Positions 1 through 9,831 of a stretch of 64,000 nucleotides of DNA are shown here, one piece after another. Each line of letters opens with the position of its first letter. Position 1 is the stretch's first letter. This DNA is from Microcoleus sp. (GTDB taxonomy: Bacteria; Cyanobacteriota; Cyanobacteriia; Cyanobacteriales; Microcoleaceae). The notes beneath the pieces are model-generated. The model was given only the letters and a program-made list of their open reading frames with translations, searched no databases and was not told the origin of the DNA. The position numbers and the translations under genes were made by a program. Where the stretch lies: contig JAYFMW010000017.1 of assembly GCA_042408215.1 (NCBI GenBank), positions 320,001 through 384,000 of the forward strand. The letters are read 5' to 3'.

Positions 1-111
1 TCAAGGAACACAACTATTCGCTCTTTTTGGAGACGGACAGGATTTTTCAAAGTGCAAGAAATAGCCAGAAAAATTGCTGAAGAATACCCGGAAGTTCTAG
101 CTGAATGGTGA
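1..111 (+). CDS. 3' end of an unknown CDS (partial)
   Basis: Frame 1 is open from base 1 (SRNTTIRSFW...EYPEVLAEW) to TGA at 109-111. Confidence 0.35.
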   Translation, partial: SRNTTIRSFWRRTGFFKVQEIARKIAEEYPEVLAEW

Positions 112-252
112 TTGTTTGTGAGGGCGATCGCTTTCCTAATCACAACGCCGAAAGTAAACTTTATTGAAAAAAGTAGCCACAGCTAACATCTTTGTGGTAC
201 AGAATGTTGTAGAGGCGATCGCTCAAACTGGTAAAATCCTAGCAAATCCAAC

Positions 253-801
253 ATGAAATCCAAGATCAGACTCAGCAAATTCAACTTATGTGCGATCGGC
301 ACGATCCTAACTTTCGGGATTTTCGTCAGTACCAAAGCAGACGGAGGAATTGCACAGTTCAGTTTCAGCAACAAATCCACTCAAAATTTAGCACAAACCC
401 TCCCTCCTCCCCCTTCCCCTTCTCCTTCGTCTTTCCCGTCACCTGCGATCGAACAAGAAGGCCCAGAGATCACTACCGAATCAGGCCCGGAGCAAATAGC
501 TTTAGCAGCCCATTTGCAGAGAATCAAAGCTAAAATGTACGGTGCTTACTGGTGTCCTTACTGTCACAAGCAACAAGAACTTTTTGGCAAAAAAGCATTT
601 ACCACACTGACTTACATTGAGTGCGCTCCGAAAGGCAAAGATGCTCAGCCAGACTTGTGCAAAGCCGCAAATATCAAAGCTTATCCAAGTTGGGAAATTA
701 GGGGAAAATATTATACAGGAATGCAATCTTTGGAAAAACTTGCTATTTTATCTGGTTATCAAGGTAGTCGCAATTTTCAGCAACAAGTTCCTGCTCCTTA
801 A
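253..801 (+). CDS. Exported thioredoxin-like protein (VKOR-associated Trx type)
   Basis: Hydrophobic N-terminus, Pro-rich linker, MYGAYWCPYC CxxC motif, and YIEC...C...I.AYP.W signature. Confidence 0.8.
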   Translation: MKSKIRLSKFNLCAIGTILTFGIFVSTKADGGIAQFSFSNKSTQNLAQTLPPPPSPSPSSFPSPAIEQEGPEITTESGPEQIALAAHLQRIKAKMYGAYWCPYCHKQQELFGKKAFTTLTYIECAPKGKDAQPDLCKAANIKAYPSWEIRGKYYTGMQSLEKLAILSGYQGSRNFQQQVPAP

Positions 802-829
802 AATATTTAACTGACAAGGCCAACGTTCT

Positions 830-970
830 CAGCAACAGAGGAGACGGCAATGCCGTTTCCCTACCCCAAAATAATCCATTGCGCGATCGAGAGATTTAAC
901 CATCGCCCGATTAATTGTAGGGAAACGACTGTCTTGTCCCTGATTATGGGTAATATTAATTCCGATGCCA
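830..970. repeat. REP-doublet (REPIN-like) dispersed repeat
   Basis: ACGGCAATGCCGTTTCCCTAC...GTAGGGAAACG; a related copy lies at ~30140-30285. Confidence 0.6.
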
Positions 971-972
971 CC

Positions 973-2085
973 TTAACTCAAATACTCCTTAACAATTTTC
1001 AAAATCCGTGCCGCCGCCAAACCGTCCCCAAAGGGATTAATTGCCATTGACATTGAGTTGTAAGCATCGTAATTGCTCAGCAACTCTGCCGCTGCTGTCG
1101 CGATTATATCAGAATTAGTACCAACAAGTTTAGCAGTACCGGCGGAAATTGCTTCGGGTCTTTCTGTCGTTTCTCGTAATACTAAAACTGGCTTGCCCAA
1201 ACTAGGCGCTTCCTCTTGCAAGCCGCCGGAATCTGTGAGAATTAAATAGCATCTCTGAATCGCTCCTACCAATTCTGCGTAATCCAAAGGTTCAGTTAAA
1301 AAGACTCTCGGATGCTCACCCAAAATAGCTTGCAAAGGTTCTCGAACAGTGGGATTTCGGTGCAGGGGTAGCAGTAAAGCTGTATCGGGAAATTTATCTA
1401 AAATTTCGATAAATGCCTGAGCAATTCCTTGTAACGGTTCTCCCCAATTTTCCCGGCGGTGAACTGTTGCTAAGATAGTGCGATATTTGCTCCAATCTAA
1501 GTTGGGAATATTGCATTGAGGTTCGCGTTTGGCTACTCCCAGCAAAGCATCAATTACTGTGTTGCCTGTACGGTGAATTTCTCCCAAAACGCCCGATCGC
1601 TCCAAATTCTCCGCAGCCAGCTCTGTAGGGGCAAAATGCAGCCGTGTGAGCTGAGATATCAACCTGCGGTTAGCCTCTTCTGGATAGGGATTGAACAGGT
1701 CGTCAGTCCGCAATCCGGCTTCTACGTGACCTACGGGTATTTTCTGGTAAAATGCTGCCAAAGCAGCGGCAAAAGCTGTGGTTGTGTCGCCTTGTACTAA
1801 GACTATTTTTGGCTGTAATTCTTTGAACAAATCTTCTAAACCTTGTAAACTCCGACAAGTAATGTCTGTTAAGGTTTGTTGGTGCTGCATGATTGCTAAA
1901 TCGCGATCGGCTTTTAGATCGAACATTTGCATGACTTGCTCGACCATTTCTCGGTGCTGGCCTGTTAATATTACTTGGGTGTCAAAGGATGGTGAATTTT
2001 TGAACTGTTGAATTACTGGGGCTAGTTTAATTGCTTCTGGGCGTGTTCCTAGGACGATGCAAAGGCGGTGTGTGGCTTCGGGCAT
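973..2085 (-). CDS. wecB: UDP-N-acetylglucosamine 2-epimerase (non-hydrolysing)
   Basis: GTRPEAIKLAP, TGQHREM, GHVEAGLR, PEEANR and TDSGGLQEEA motifs. Confidence 0.95.
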   Translation of the reverse strand: MPEATHRLCIVLGTRPEAIKLAPVIQQFKNSPSFDTQVILTGQHREMVEQVMQMFDLKADRDLAIMQHQQTLTDITCRSLQGLEDLFKELQPKIVLVQGDTTTAFAAALAAFYQKIPVGHVEAGLRTDDLFNPYPEEANRRLISQLTRLHFAPTELAAENLERSGVLGEIHRTGNTVIDALLGVAKREPQCNIPNLDWSKYRTILATVHRRENWGEPLQGIAQAFIEILDKFPDTALLLPLHRNPTVREPLQAILGEHPRVFLTEPLDYAELVGAIQRCYLILTDSGGLQEEAPSLGKPVLVLRETTERPEAISAGTAKLVGTNSDIIATAAAELLSNYDAYNSMSMAINPFGDGLAAARILKIVKEYLS

Positions 2086-2153
2086 GGTAAAATTGGGTGG
2101 TTGAGATTTGTGAGGTTCTTAAAGGCTGAAGATTTTATAGCTGGTTTGAATCG

Positions 2154-2403
2154 TTGGTTAATCAGATTTCTTTTTTTATGAACCGCAGAGGGCGCAGAGG
2201 GCGCAGAGAAGGGAGAAAGGAGAGAGAAGGTGGTTTGTTGGTTAATCAGATTTCTTTTTTTATGAACCGCAGAGGGCGCAGAGGGCGCAGAGAAGGGAGA
2301 AAGGAGAGAGAAGGTGGTTTGTTGGTTAATCAGATTTCTTTTTTTATGAACCGCAGAGGGCGCAGAGGGCGCAGAGAAGGGAGAAAGGAGAGAGAAGGTG
2401 GTT
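2154..2403. repeat. Tandem repeat, 84 bp x3
   Basis: Unit TTGGTTAATCAGATTTCTTTTTTTATGAACCGCAGAGGGCGCAGAGG... starts at 2154, 2238 and 2322. Confidence 0.95.
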
Positions 2404-2465
2404 TTTTTAGGGTGTTATTTTGTTTCTGTTCGCACTGTTGGTACATTGAGATTTTTTAATTGATC

Positions 2466-3038
2466 ATGCCTTATCGTTACATTCTATTTTACAAGCCTTA
2501 CGATGTTTTGACTCAATTCACCGATCGTAATTCAGGGGAAACTCAACGCAGAACTCTTAAAGATTATATTCTGATTCCTGACGTTTATGCGGTGGGTAGG
2601 CTCGATCGCGATAGTGAAGGTCTTTTGCTGTTAACTGATGATGGACTAATGCAGCACCGACTCAGTGACCCGAAATTTGCTCATCCCCGTACTTATTGGG
2701 TGCAGGTTGAAGGGATTCCTGATGCTGGTGCGATCGCAGCTTTGCAGGCTGGTGTCACTATTCAAGATTATCGGACTCGATCGGCAAAAGTTCAATTATT
2801 ATCCACGGAACCGCCCTTACCACTACGGGAACCGCCGATTCGATTTCGCAAACACATACCCACAGCCTGGCTGGAAATGACCCTGACTGAAGGCCGTAAC
2901 CGCCAAGTCCGCAGGATGACCGCCGCAGTAGGGTTTCCGACGTTGCGCCTAGTCAGATGTGCGATCGGACATTTGCGTCTCGATGGCCTCAAACCTGGTG
3001 ATTGGCGGGAACTAACCCAGGCAGATTTTAGATTTTAG
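2466..3038 (+). CDS. rRNA pseudouridine synthase (RluE-like)
   Basis: [21 protein letters not shown] and [10 protein letters not shown] motifs; ATG at 2466. Confidence 0.9.
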   Translation: MPYRYILFYKPYDVLTQFTDRNSGETQRRTLKDYILIPDVYAVGRLDRDSEGLLLLTDDGLMQHRLSDPKFAHPRTYWVQVEGIPDAGAIAALQAGVTIQDYRTRSAKVQLLSTEPPLPLREPPIRFRKHIPTAWLEMTLTEGRNRQVRRMTAAVGFPTLRLVRCAIGHLRLDGLKPGDWRELTQADFRF

Positions 3039-3067
3039 ATTTGGGATTTTCGATTGAATAAGTACAA

Positions 3068-3140
3068 TAGACCTCTCCAATAACTATTGTGGAACAGGCA
3101 TCCTGCCTGTTCAAGACTTGCTTTTCAGGAGATGTCTAAT
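3068..3140. repeat. Small MITE-like repeat (ends TAGACCTCT...GGAGATGTCTA)
   Basis: A second copy at ~42974-43047 shares the internal TGTGGAACAGGC...GCCTGTTCAAGAC. Confidence 0.6.
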
Positions 3141-3164
3141 CAACAGTCAACTGTCAACAATCCA

Positions 3165-3992
3165 CTACTTTTGGGCCGGCAACATAAAACTCTCCTTTCC
3201 ATCCTTATCCTTTCGCACCTGAGCTCCCAACTTGACCAGAGCTTCTCTCGCCCTTGAACGCACAAATTTGTCCTTTGTTTGAGCATAAACCGAGCTCCAA
3301 GACATAAACCGCACCTGGACGCTATCGGGATCGCGACGCAAAAACTCCGCAGTATTGCGAAAAATCGGCGCTAATTGCTTCCCTTCCGGGGTTTTTTCTA
3401 CCCAGTCAGCAGCCATTTCGTGCGATCGAATTGACTCAGGAATGTCCCCCAGCAGCAGCAATTCGTCCAGGCCTTTATTTCGCCACACTGTCCACGCTTG
3501 CGGGTCAATTTGTGGCGAAAGGGCGCTAGTACCGCGTTCCATTAACTGTACGGCAATTTCTGGTTTTGCTTGGTAAAAAGAAATAGCAACTGACAGAAAC
3601 GGGTAAATTTCCACTCGCCGCGGGTCGCGTCGCGTGATGATGTCAAAATAATCAGGACTCAAACCGTAACCTGTGATGTCTCGCGCTTCGTCGTCGCCAA
3701 AATATTGCAAAAATTTGAGAAATGTCCAATCTGCAACTAAATTGTCAAATCCAAAAGTAGGGAGAGCTTTGAGCATTTTTAGTCGCAGCCATTCTTGTTG
3801 TTCGGATTGCTTGAAACTGGCAGCAGAGATGGCAGGTGCGGGCTTTGACCCCTCAGTTTCTATCGCAGGAATTCCGCCCAATTGTCTATTGGACTGGATC
3901 GCAATGACTCCGGCTAAGGCTGCTGTGGTAATAACTCCACTGACGAGCAGACTCAACCACTTTTGCGAAAATTCTTCGACTTTAGTTTGCAC
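3165..3992 (-). CDS. Conserved-type hypothetical membrane-anchored protein
   Basis: 275 aa ORF with an N-terminal TM segment and FGFDNLVADWTFLKFLQYFGD block. Confidence 0.75.
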   Translation of the reverse strand: MQTKVEEFSQKWLSLLVSGVITTAALAGVIAIQSNRQLGGIPAIETEGSKPAPAISAASFKQSEQQEWLRLKMLKALPTFGFDNLVADWTFLKFLQYFGDDEARDITGYGLSPDYFDIITRRDPRRVEIYPFLSVAISFYQAKPEIAVQLMERGTSALSPQIDPQAWTVWRNKGLDELLLLGDIPESIRSHEMAADWVEKTPEGKQLAPIFRNTAEFLRRDPDSVQVRFMSWSSVYAQTKDKFVRSRAREALVKLGAQVRKDKDGKESFMLPAQK

Positions 3993-4204
3993 GGCACTTT
4001 TAAATCTACGATTTTAATTAAGTTTATAGGATTACTCGGTCAGCGTAAAATTCAATAAAATAGAGTGGTGATTGGCGATCGACTATAAAAGCCGTTAAAC
4101 TATGCAAAAGGATCGTGTAGCCTCCATCAAATAGTTTAAGTAGTGGTTTTCTAGCAGTCTAAAATCTCAAATCAAAAATCTCAAAGAGAATTGAGCCAAT
4201 TTCT

Positions 4205-5524
4205 ATGAATGTAGCCCGCAGACGCTTTTCTAAGTTACAGGCCGCCCTGTTCAGTGGGGCGATCGCCACAACTGCTTCCATATCTTTGCTTGTACCCGGT
4301 CTGAGTCAATCAGTCCGCGCCCAGCTTCAAGATAGCCCCAAAGCTGTTTTAGACGAAGCTTGGCAAATTGTGAACCGAGAGTATGTTGATGGCAGCTTTA
4401 ACAAGACTGACTGGCAAGCCGCCCGCCAAGACTTGCTGAACAAAAATTATACCTCTCGCGAAGCAGCCTATACTTCTCTCCGCAAGGCCTTGGAGAAGTT
4501 AAACGACCCCTACACCCGCTTCATGGACCCGAAGCAGTACGAAGCGCTCACCAATCAAACCTCTGGAGAACTGACAGGGGTGGGCATGAGGCTGGAAGCG
4601 GATGAGAAAACTAAGGCGATTACGGTGGTTGAGCCGATGGAAAATTCCCCGGCTCTCAAGGCTGGGATTCAAGCGGGCGATCGCATTTTGGTGATTGATG
4701 GCAAACCTACCACAGGTATGACTGTCTCCGATGCTGCTCAAATAATTCGTGGCGCTGAAGGTACGAAAGTCACCCTGCGGATTGCTCGGCCGGGCAAAAG
4801 TGAGTTTGACATCACTCTGACTAGGGCCAGAATTGAGGTAGCAGCAGTCCGCTACAGCCTCAAGAATGAAGCTGGTAAGCAAGTCGGTTATATCCGTTTG
4901 CAAGAGTTTAGCTCCCACGCAGGCGAACAAATGCAGGCGGCTATTAAAAAGCTCTCGGCTCAGAAAGCCGACGCTTTCGTGTTGGATTTGCGCGGCAATC
5001 CAGGCGGGCTGCTGCGAGTCAGCATTGATATCGCGCGGATGTGGATGGATACGGGGGCGATCGTTCGTACAGTCGATCGCGCGGGCGATTCTCAGGAAAT
5101 GCGGGCAAATCGCACTGCTATTACTGACAAGCCTTTGGTGGTGCTTGTAGACGACAATTCCGCCAGCGCCAGCGAGATTTTGGCTGGTGCTCTCAAGGAC
5201 AACAAGCGGGCTACGGTGATGGGCGGTCAAACTTTTGGCAAAGCTTTAGTGCAGTCGGTACATTCTTTGTCTGATGGTTCGGGGTTGGCGGTGACGATCG
5301 CTCACTACTATACTCCTAACGGTACGGATATCAGCCACAAGGGCGTTACTCCCGATGTCAAAGTCGAAATCAGCGACGCACAAAAGCTGAAATTAGCCAA
5401 CAAACCGACTTTGGTTGCTACTCAGGATGATCCTTGTTACGCGCGGGCGATCGCACTTTTGAAAACTACCGCTTCCTCGGCTCGTCCCGTTGCTGCTAAT
5501 GAGCTTCCTGCTGCTAATAAATAG
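4205..5524 (+). CDS. ctpB: Carboxyl-terminal processing protease (S41, PDZ)
   Basis: DPYTRF, PDZ domain, DLRGNPGG, SASASEI and TFGK motifs; CtpB-type N-terminus. Confidence 0.85.
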   Translation: MNVARRRFSKLQAALFSGAIATTASISLLVPGLSQSVRAQLQDSPKAVLDEAWQIVNREYVDGSFNKTDWQAARQDLLNKNYTSREAAYTSLRKALEKLNDPYTRFMDPKQYEALTNQTSGELTGVGMRLEADEKTKAITVVEPMENSPALKAGIQAGDRILVIDGKPTTGMTVSDAAQIIRGAEGTKVTLRIARPGKSEFDITLTRARIEVAAVRYSLKNEAGKQVGYIRLQEFSSHAGEQMQAAIKKLSAQKADAFVLDLRGNPGGLLRVSIDIARMWMDTGAIVRTVDRAGDSQEMRANRTAITDKPLVVLVDDNSASASEILAGALKDNKRATVMGGQTFGKALVQSVHSLSDGSGLAVTIAHYYTPNGTDISHKGVTPDVKVEISDAQKLKLANKPTLVATQDDPCYARAIALLKTTASSARPVAANELPAANK

Positions 5525-5558
5525 TTGGAATTGGCAGTTATTAACAATTAGCTTTAAG

Positions 5559-6769
5559 TTGACACTCCCCGGCGTGAACGCGCGGGGATTCTTTGATCTA
5601 CGAGCCGACTTGCTCAGACAGGATTTCTCCAATCTGAGTAGAGGTCAATTCTCCCAAAGCGTTGCTTGCATCAAGTGCAAAGATTCCGGTATGCCCTACC
5701 GTACCCAATCCTCTACTCAGGATATTTCTAGCTGCATTGAAATCTCTATCCATCACACAGCCACACTTACAAACGTGTGTTCGAGTGGATAGCGTTTTCT
5801 TCACAATTGCACCGCAGCTAGAGCATTCTTGGCTAGTATATGCTGGATTGACAGCAACCGTGACTCTTTGAAATACTTTGCCAAAATATTCAAGCCAGAC
5901 ACGGAACTGATACCAAGATGCGTCGTTAATAGACTTAGCCAGACAATGATTTTTCACCAAATTTTTAATCCTCAAATCTTCGTAAGCTATCAAGTCGTTG
6001 GACTGAACTACGCACCGTGCAAGTTTAATTGCATGGTCTTTGCGCTGTCTACTTATTTTGAGGTGGCGTTTTCCTAAAATCTGTCTAGCTTTGCCTCGAT
6101 TATTTGAACCTTTAATCTTTTTGGAAACACGACGTTGATAACGTTTGAGGACTTTTTCACCATGAAGGAGGAATCTCGGATTTTCCACCGTGATGCCGTT
6201 TGAATCAGTGTAATATTCCTTCAAACCCACATCTAAACCAATGGTATTCCCAGAAGGTTCTATGTTTTCCGAACGGTTAACGTCAATACAAAACTGAACA
6301 TATACACCCGAAGCACGTTTCACCAATCTGACTCGTTTGATTTGGCTAAAGGAGTAGAAGTGTAAGTCCCGTGTTCCTTTTAGTTTGAGTTTGCCAATTC
6401 CTTTTTTATCGGTGAATTTGATTGACTTTCGATCAACAGCCAGTTTCCATCCAGTTGACTTGTACTCAACTGAGCGACAATCTCTCTGGAATTGTGGATA
6501 CCCTTTTTTACCAGGAATCCCTTTCTTGCAGTTTTCGTGGAATCGGGAGATAGCAGACCAGGCTCGTTCGGCGCTGGCTTGTCTAGCTTGAGAATTCAGT
6601 TCGTCAGCAAACGGGAAATCACCAGCCAATACAGCACAGTATTTGTTCAAATCATACTTATCTATTTTTTGATTGTCCATCCAATAGCGTAAACAACTAT
6701 TGCGGACAAATTGTGCGGTACGAATCGCTTCATCCACTGCTGTGAACTGACTTGATTTTCCGTAGGCTA
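5559..6769 (-). mobile_element. IS200/IS605-family element, right end intact and left end missing
   Basis: Right-end hairpin GAATCCCCGCG...CCGGGGAGTGTCAA on the minus strand ends at 5559; homology stops at ~6769. Confidence 0.8.
5598..6737 (-). CDS. tnpB: RNA-guided endonuclease TnpB, 5'-truncated
   Basis: RuvC motifs IGLDVG, AYEDL and DRDFNAA plus zinc ribbon; upstream AYGKSSQFTA is preceded by an in-frame stop. Confidence 0.85.
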   Translation of the reverse strand: MDEAIRTAQFVRNSCLRYWMDNQKIDKYDLNKYCAVLAGDFPFADELNSQARQASAERAWSAISRFHENCKKGIPGKKGYPQFQRDCRSVEYKSTGWKLAVDRKSIKFTDKKGIGKLKLKGTRDLHFYSFSQIKRVRLVKRASGVYVQFCIDVNRSENIEPSGNTIGLDVGLKEYYTDSNGITVENPRFLLHGEKVLKRYQRRVSKKIKGSNNRGKARQILGKRHLKISRQRKDHAIKLARCVVQSNDLIAYEDLRIKNLVKNHCLAKSINDASWYQFRVWLEYFGKVFQRVTVAVNPAYTSQECSSCGAIVKKTLSTRTHVCKCGCVMDRDFNAARNILSRGLGTVGHTGIFALDASNALGELTSTQIGEILSEQVGS

Positions 6770-6910
6770 TAATTTACTAGATTTTGATTTCAAAATCTAG
6801 CTATTTTTTAGAAAAATATTGTTGAGTTTGTAGTGACGGTGAGAACTAATTAATAATAATAACTGTTCTCAATTGCGGGCAAGTAATTACATGGCTGATA
6901 CACAAAGCTC

Positions 6911-6978
6911 AAGAAACCGGGTTTTTCAGCGAGATTGAGGGTGTTTGGCGAGTATTTTGGTGTAAAAACCCGGTTTCT
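6911..6978. repeat. Dispersed palindromic repeat (GAAACCGGGTTTTT...AAAAACCCGGTTTCT family)
   Basis: Related copies at ~37843, 48210, 50025 and 55505. Confidence 0.75.
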
Positions 6979-7086
6979 GTCTACCCATTTTTTTAAGTAT
7001 TGTTAAGAGAACATAATCTGTGCTAATCGTCACAGGCAGAAAACATGAAAAAAGGTTTTTGTTGTGAAATAGACATAAAAAAAAAG

Positions 7087-7367
7087 TCAAAAAGCCTGCC
7101 GTACCAGGGCAGAAAGATTCATCACCATAAAAGTTATGGCGATGGTTGTTTCAGAAGTATTAGAAAGTTTAGCCATGACTCTACCAAGGCTGAATCTTCT
7201 TTTAGCTTCTCCAAATTTTCTGACAAATTGAGTTACGAATTCTCTCGTCTGACTGAGCTTGTTTCTTCTTTGACTTGCTAATATTTTTTGGGGTCTTCCT
7301 ACAGGAACGCCACTCATCCTAATTCCTCTTTCTTTGCACCAAGCTCGATTTTCCTGCGTTCGATATA
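7087..7367 (-). pseudogene. IS5-family transposase C-terminal fragment
   Basis: YRTQENRAWCKERGIRMSG...FGEAKRRFSLGRVMAKL...IAITFMVMNL; no N-terminal part. Confidence 0.75.
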
Positions 7368-7373
7368 GCAAAA

Positions 7374-8771
7374 TCACTTCACCCCTGACAATATTTCGGT
7401 CAAAACCGTTTTCTTCTTCATCCAAGGAAAAGGTTCTTCTAATATAGGTAAATTGAAAAATGGACAGAGCTTTTCCCATCCTTCGCCATCACAAACATCA
7501 ATAATTAACAAAGATTCTGGACGGTCTTTAAAATATTCAAGCACATTTCTATAATGTAAATCATAAACATAAGACATTCTATCTTCATTAAACGCATAAG
7601 TACCATAAACAGCCGCTCTTAATAATCTTCTGATCTGCATCTTAGTCTCATTACTAGGATCGAAATCAAACGCAGACCTCTTTGACCAGTGAGCTTCTAA
7701 AGACTTTAACCAACATGATTTATTACGCACGGTTAAGATAAACTTACTATCAGGAAATAATTTATCTAACTGAGAATAAAAAGGAGCTACCGTTATATCT
7801 GTAATCCCATCATAATCATTGAGAATCGAAAAGTCATACTTAGCAGCCATCAGGTCTTGTAAAATTGTCTCATCATCAGGATAATGAACAACATTAATCC
7901 CTAGCATATTTAAGGCCATTGTTAAGCTTTTAGTTCCCGTGCGACTCAAACCAATTCCAAAAACTTTCATTTTTTTACTTTTCATGGGTCTTTGAATAAT
8001 AATTTTACTTGAAAATTCTCTAGTTTCGGCTAACGTCAAAGGAGCTTTTTCCAAAATATTCATTTGCTTAAGTTCGCGGATAGCAATATTTGGTAAATTT
8101 TCAATAAACCTAGCAATTTCGGGCTGACTTGCCTGCTTGGAAATATATTTTTTTGCATAATTTACACCATATTTAGCAACCAAAAAATCTAAATCTTTTT
8201 CTTGTCTTCCCCAATCTTCCTGACAAATATTTAATTTAGCTTGATGATAATCTTGGCGACTTCTCAGTTCTCTCAAAGCACATTTGGCAAAAATATGGTG
8301 ATAGAATTGAAAAAAATCATGGATAATGTTAAATTTCTTAAATGCTTTTTTTAGCTTCAGTTTTTTTAGTGCCAGTCCACGAGTTCTTGATTCAGGTCTT
8401 AACACATATTTAGCATCATTATCAGGTACTTTAATTGCTTGCATTTCTCTGATTACATCAATTCTAGTAATATGTACACCACAATGAATATGACCTCTGA
8501 ATTTATCAAGAACATAACAGTCTACGTATGGCAAACTATTGCTGGTAAGGAAAGGAGACATATCCTCCATAATTAAACAATCAGCATCCATGAAGACAAC
8601 AAAATCACAATCGTAATTCATCTTCAGCATTTGCTGAACAGCGTGGGCAAAAGGTTTAACATTTTCAATAATATGAACTTGACGAGGCTGAATATTTTTG
8701 ATAGCTAGGTCTAAGGCTATTTGGGATGTTCTTTCGCCAACAGTTCTAAAAACTAAATCGATTTTTTTCAT
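7374..8771 (-). CDS. Putative GT-A-fold domain fused to a sulfotransferase-family domain
   Basis: N-terminal VFMDADC (DxD); C-terminal KVFGIGLSRTGTKSL, KFILTVR and GWEKLCPF motifs; AT-rich. Confidence 0.75.
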   Translation of the reverse strand: MKKIDLVFRTVGERTSQIALDLAIKNIQPRQVHIIENVKPFAHAVQQMLKMNYDCDFVVFMDADCLIMEDMSPFLTSNSLPYVDCYVLDKFRGHIHCGVHITRIDVIREMQAIKVPDNDAKYVLRPESRTRGLALKKLKLKKAFKKFNIIHDFFQFYHHIFAKCALRELRSRQDYHQAKLNICQEDWGRQEKDLDFLVAKYGVNYAKKYISKQASQPEIARFIENLPNIAIRELKQMNILEKAPLTLAETREFSSKIIIQRPMKSKKMKVFGIGLSRTGTKSLTMALNMLGINVVHYPDDETILQDLMAAKYDFSILNDYDGITDITVAPFYSQLDKLFPDSKFILTVRNKSCWLKSLEAHWSKRSAFDFDPSNETKMQIRRLLRAAVYGTYAFNEDRMSYVYDLHYRNVLEYFKDRPESLLIIDVCDGEGWEKLCPFFNLPILEEPFPWMKKKTVLTEILSGVK

Positions 8772-8814
8772 GGTATTTTAATTCCAAGCCTGAGTTTTTA
8801 ACTTGGAAAGCTTA

Positions 8815-8836
8815 TAGAACCCATTTGAGATCTTTT
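8815..8836 (+). repeat. Extra copy of the IS5 terminal inverted repeat
   Basis: TAGAACCCATTTGAGATCTTTT is identical to 9614-9635. Confidence 0.85.
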
Positions 8837-8972
8837 GGCGATCGCCAGTCGTAACGATACCGAACGCCGCCAAGGCCGCCAGCGGATGGGCACTACCTTA
8901 GTTATGGCTTTAGCCCACATTCACGAGCTCTACGTGGCCCATGTCGGAGACAGTCGGGCTTATTTGATTACC
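8837..8972 (+). pseudogene. PP2C-type Ser/Thr phosphatase internal fragment
   Basis: RMGTTLVMALAH...YVAHVGDSRAYLIT motif; starts directly at the IS end. Confidence 0.75.
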
Positions 8973-9188
8973 ACCTTTGCAGTGGCAAGGCTGGTAGAGT
9001 TGCATCACAGGCAAAGTTCGCGGGTCTAGCGCGGGTCTAACGTCTGGCAAGGTTGCCACGGTTGGAGCGATCGGATTGTTGGCAATGTCGATCGGATTGT
9101 TGGCAGTATCGGTCGGAGCGGTGGCGGTCTAGCTTTCTCTAGTCTCTAGTCCTATTACCAATTCCCAATTCCCAATTTCAAAGTTGAG

Positions 9189-9551
9189 TTATCGTGTGGT
9201 ACAAGCCCAAGCAACTATGCTTCCTGAACCCTCAAGTGCGCTCATTGCTTTGCTTTCAGCTTCGGCGCGAGAATCACCAAGTCCCCAACCAACATGAGTA
9301 CCATTGTCCGATACAGCACCACAGCTATTCTTAAACCAGACTCGAACCGCGCAATCCTCTGCATTTTTAGAACACTCTGCCAATGCTTTATTTTGAGCCG
9401 CAGCACGAGTTGAGTAGTCGTAGCTAAAACCATAGGCACTTGTAGCATCCGATGTAGCGATCGCCCCAAAATTATCTGCCAAAGCAGCGCCACCGGATAA
9501 GCATTCTGCTAAAACCAGAAGTACAGCACCAACTCCAAAACGTTTAAGCAT
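9189..9551 (-). CDS. Secreted DUF4189-type protein
   Basis: Signal peptide; FGAIA, A..KAL..C, C.V.VWF.N.CGA pattern. Confidence 0.8.
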   Translation of the reverse strand: MLKRFGVGAVLLVLAECLSGGAALADNFGAIATSDATSAYGFSYDYSTRAAAQNKALAECSKNAEDCAVRVWFKNSCGAVSDNGTHVGWGLGDSRAEAESKAMSALEGSGSIVAWACTTR

Positions 9552-9651
9552 TGATTTTCTTCTTTTTGTACAGATATATTAAAAATATAACATAACCAAT
9601 CTTGTTTAGACTATAGAACCCATTTGAGATCTTTTAAGAGGATGCTAGCCG

Positions 9652-9784
9652 CAGTTGATCGGCTTGACAACAGTCGATCGGCTTGACAACAGTCGATCGG
9701 CTTGACAGCAGTCGATCGGCTTGACAACAGTCGATCGACTTGACAACAGTCGATCGGCTTGACAACAGTCGATCGGCTTGACAG
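9652..9784. repeat. Tandem repeat, 19 bp x7, inside the IS left end
   Basis: Unit CAGTCGATCGGCTTGACAA. Confidence 0.95.
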
Positions 9785-9831
9785 CAGGCGATCAGGTAGA
9801 ATCAGTAAAGTTAAGCAGGTCAGGGCTGAAA

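Noticed and set aside
2154..2459. 101 aa Arg-rich repetitive ORF
   Set aside because: Translation of the 84 bp tandem repeat (a multiple of 3), with a TTG start
4499..5230. 243 aa minus-strand ORF
   Set aside because: Antisense to ctpB with no recognisable motifs
7368..7479. N-terminal part of ORF 7087..7479
   Set aside because: Overlaps the sulfotransferase gene out of frame; only the distal part is transposase-like
9652..9784. Mini-CRISPR or iteron origin
   Set aside because: Units are contiguous with no spacers, lie inside IS ends, and no rep gene is nearby
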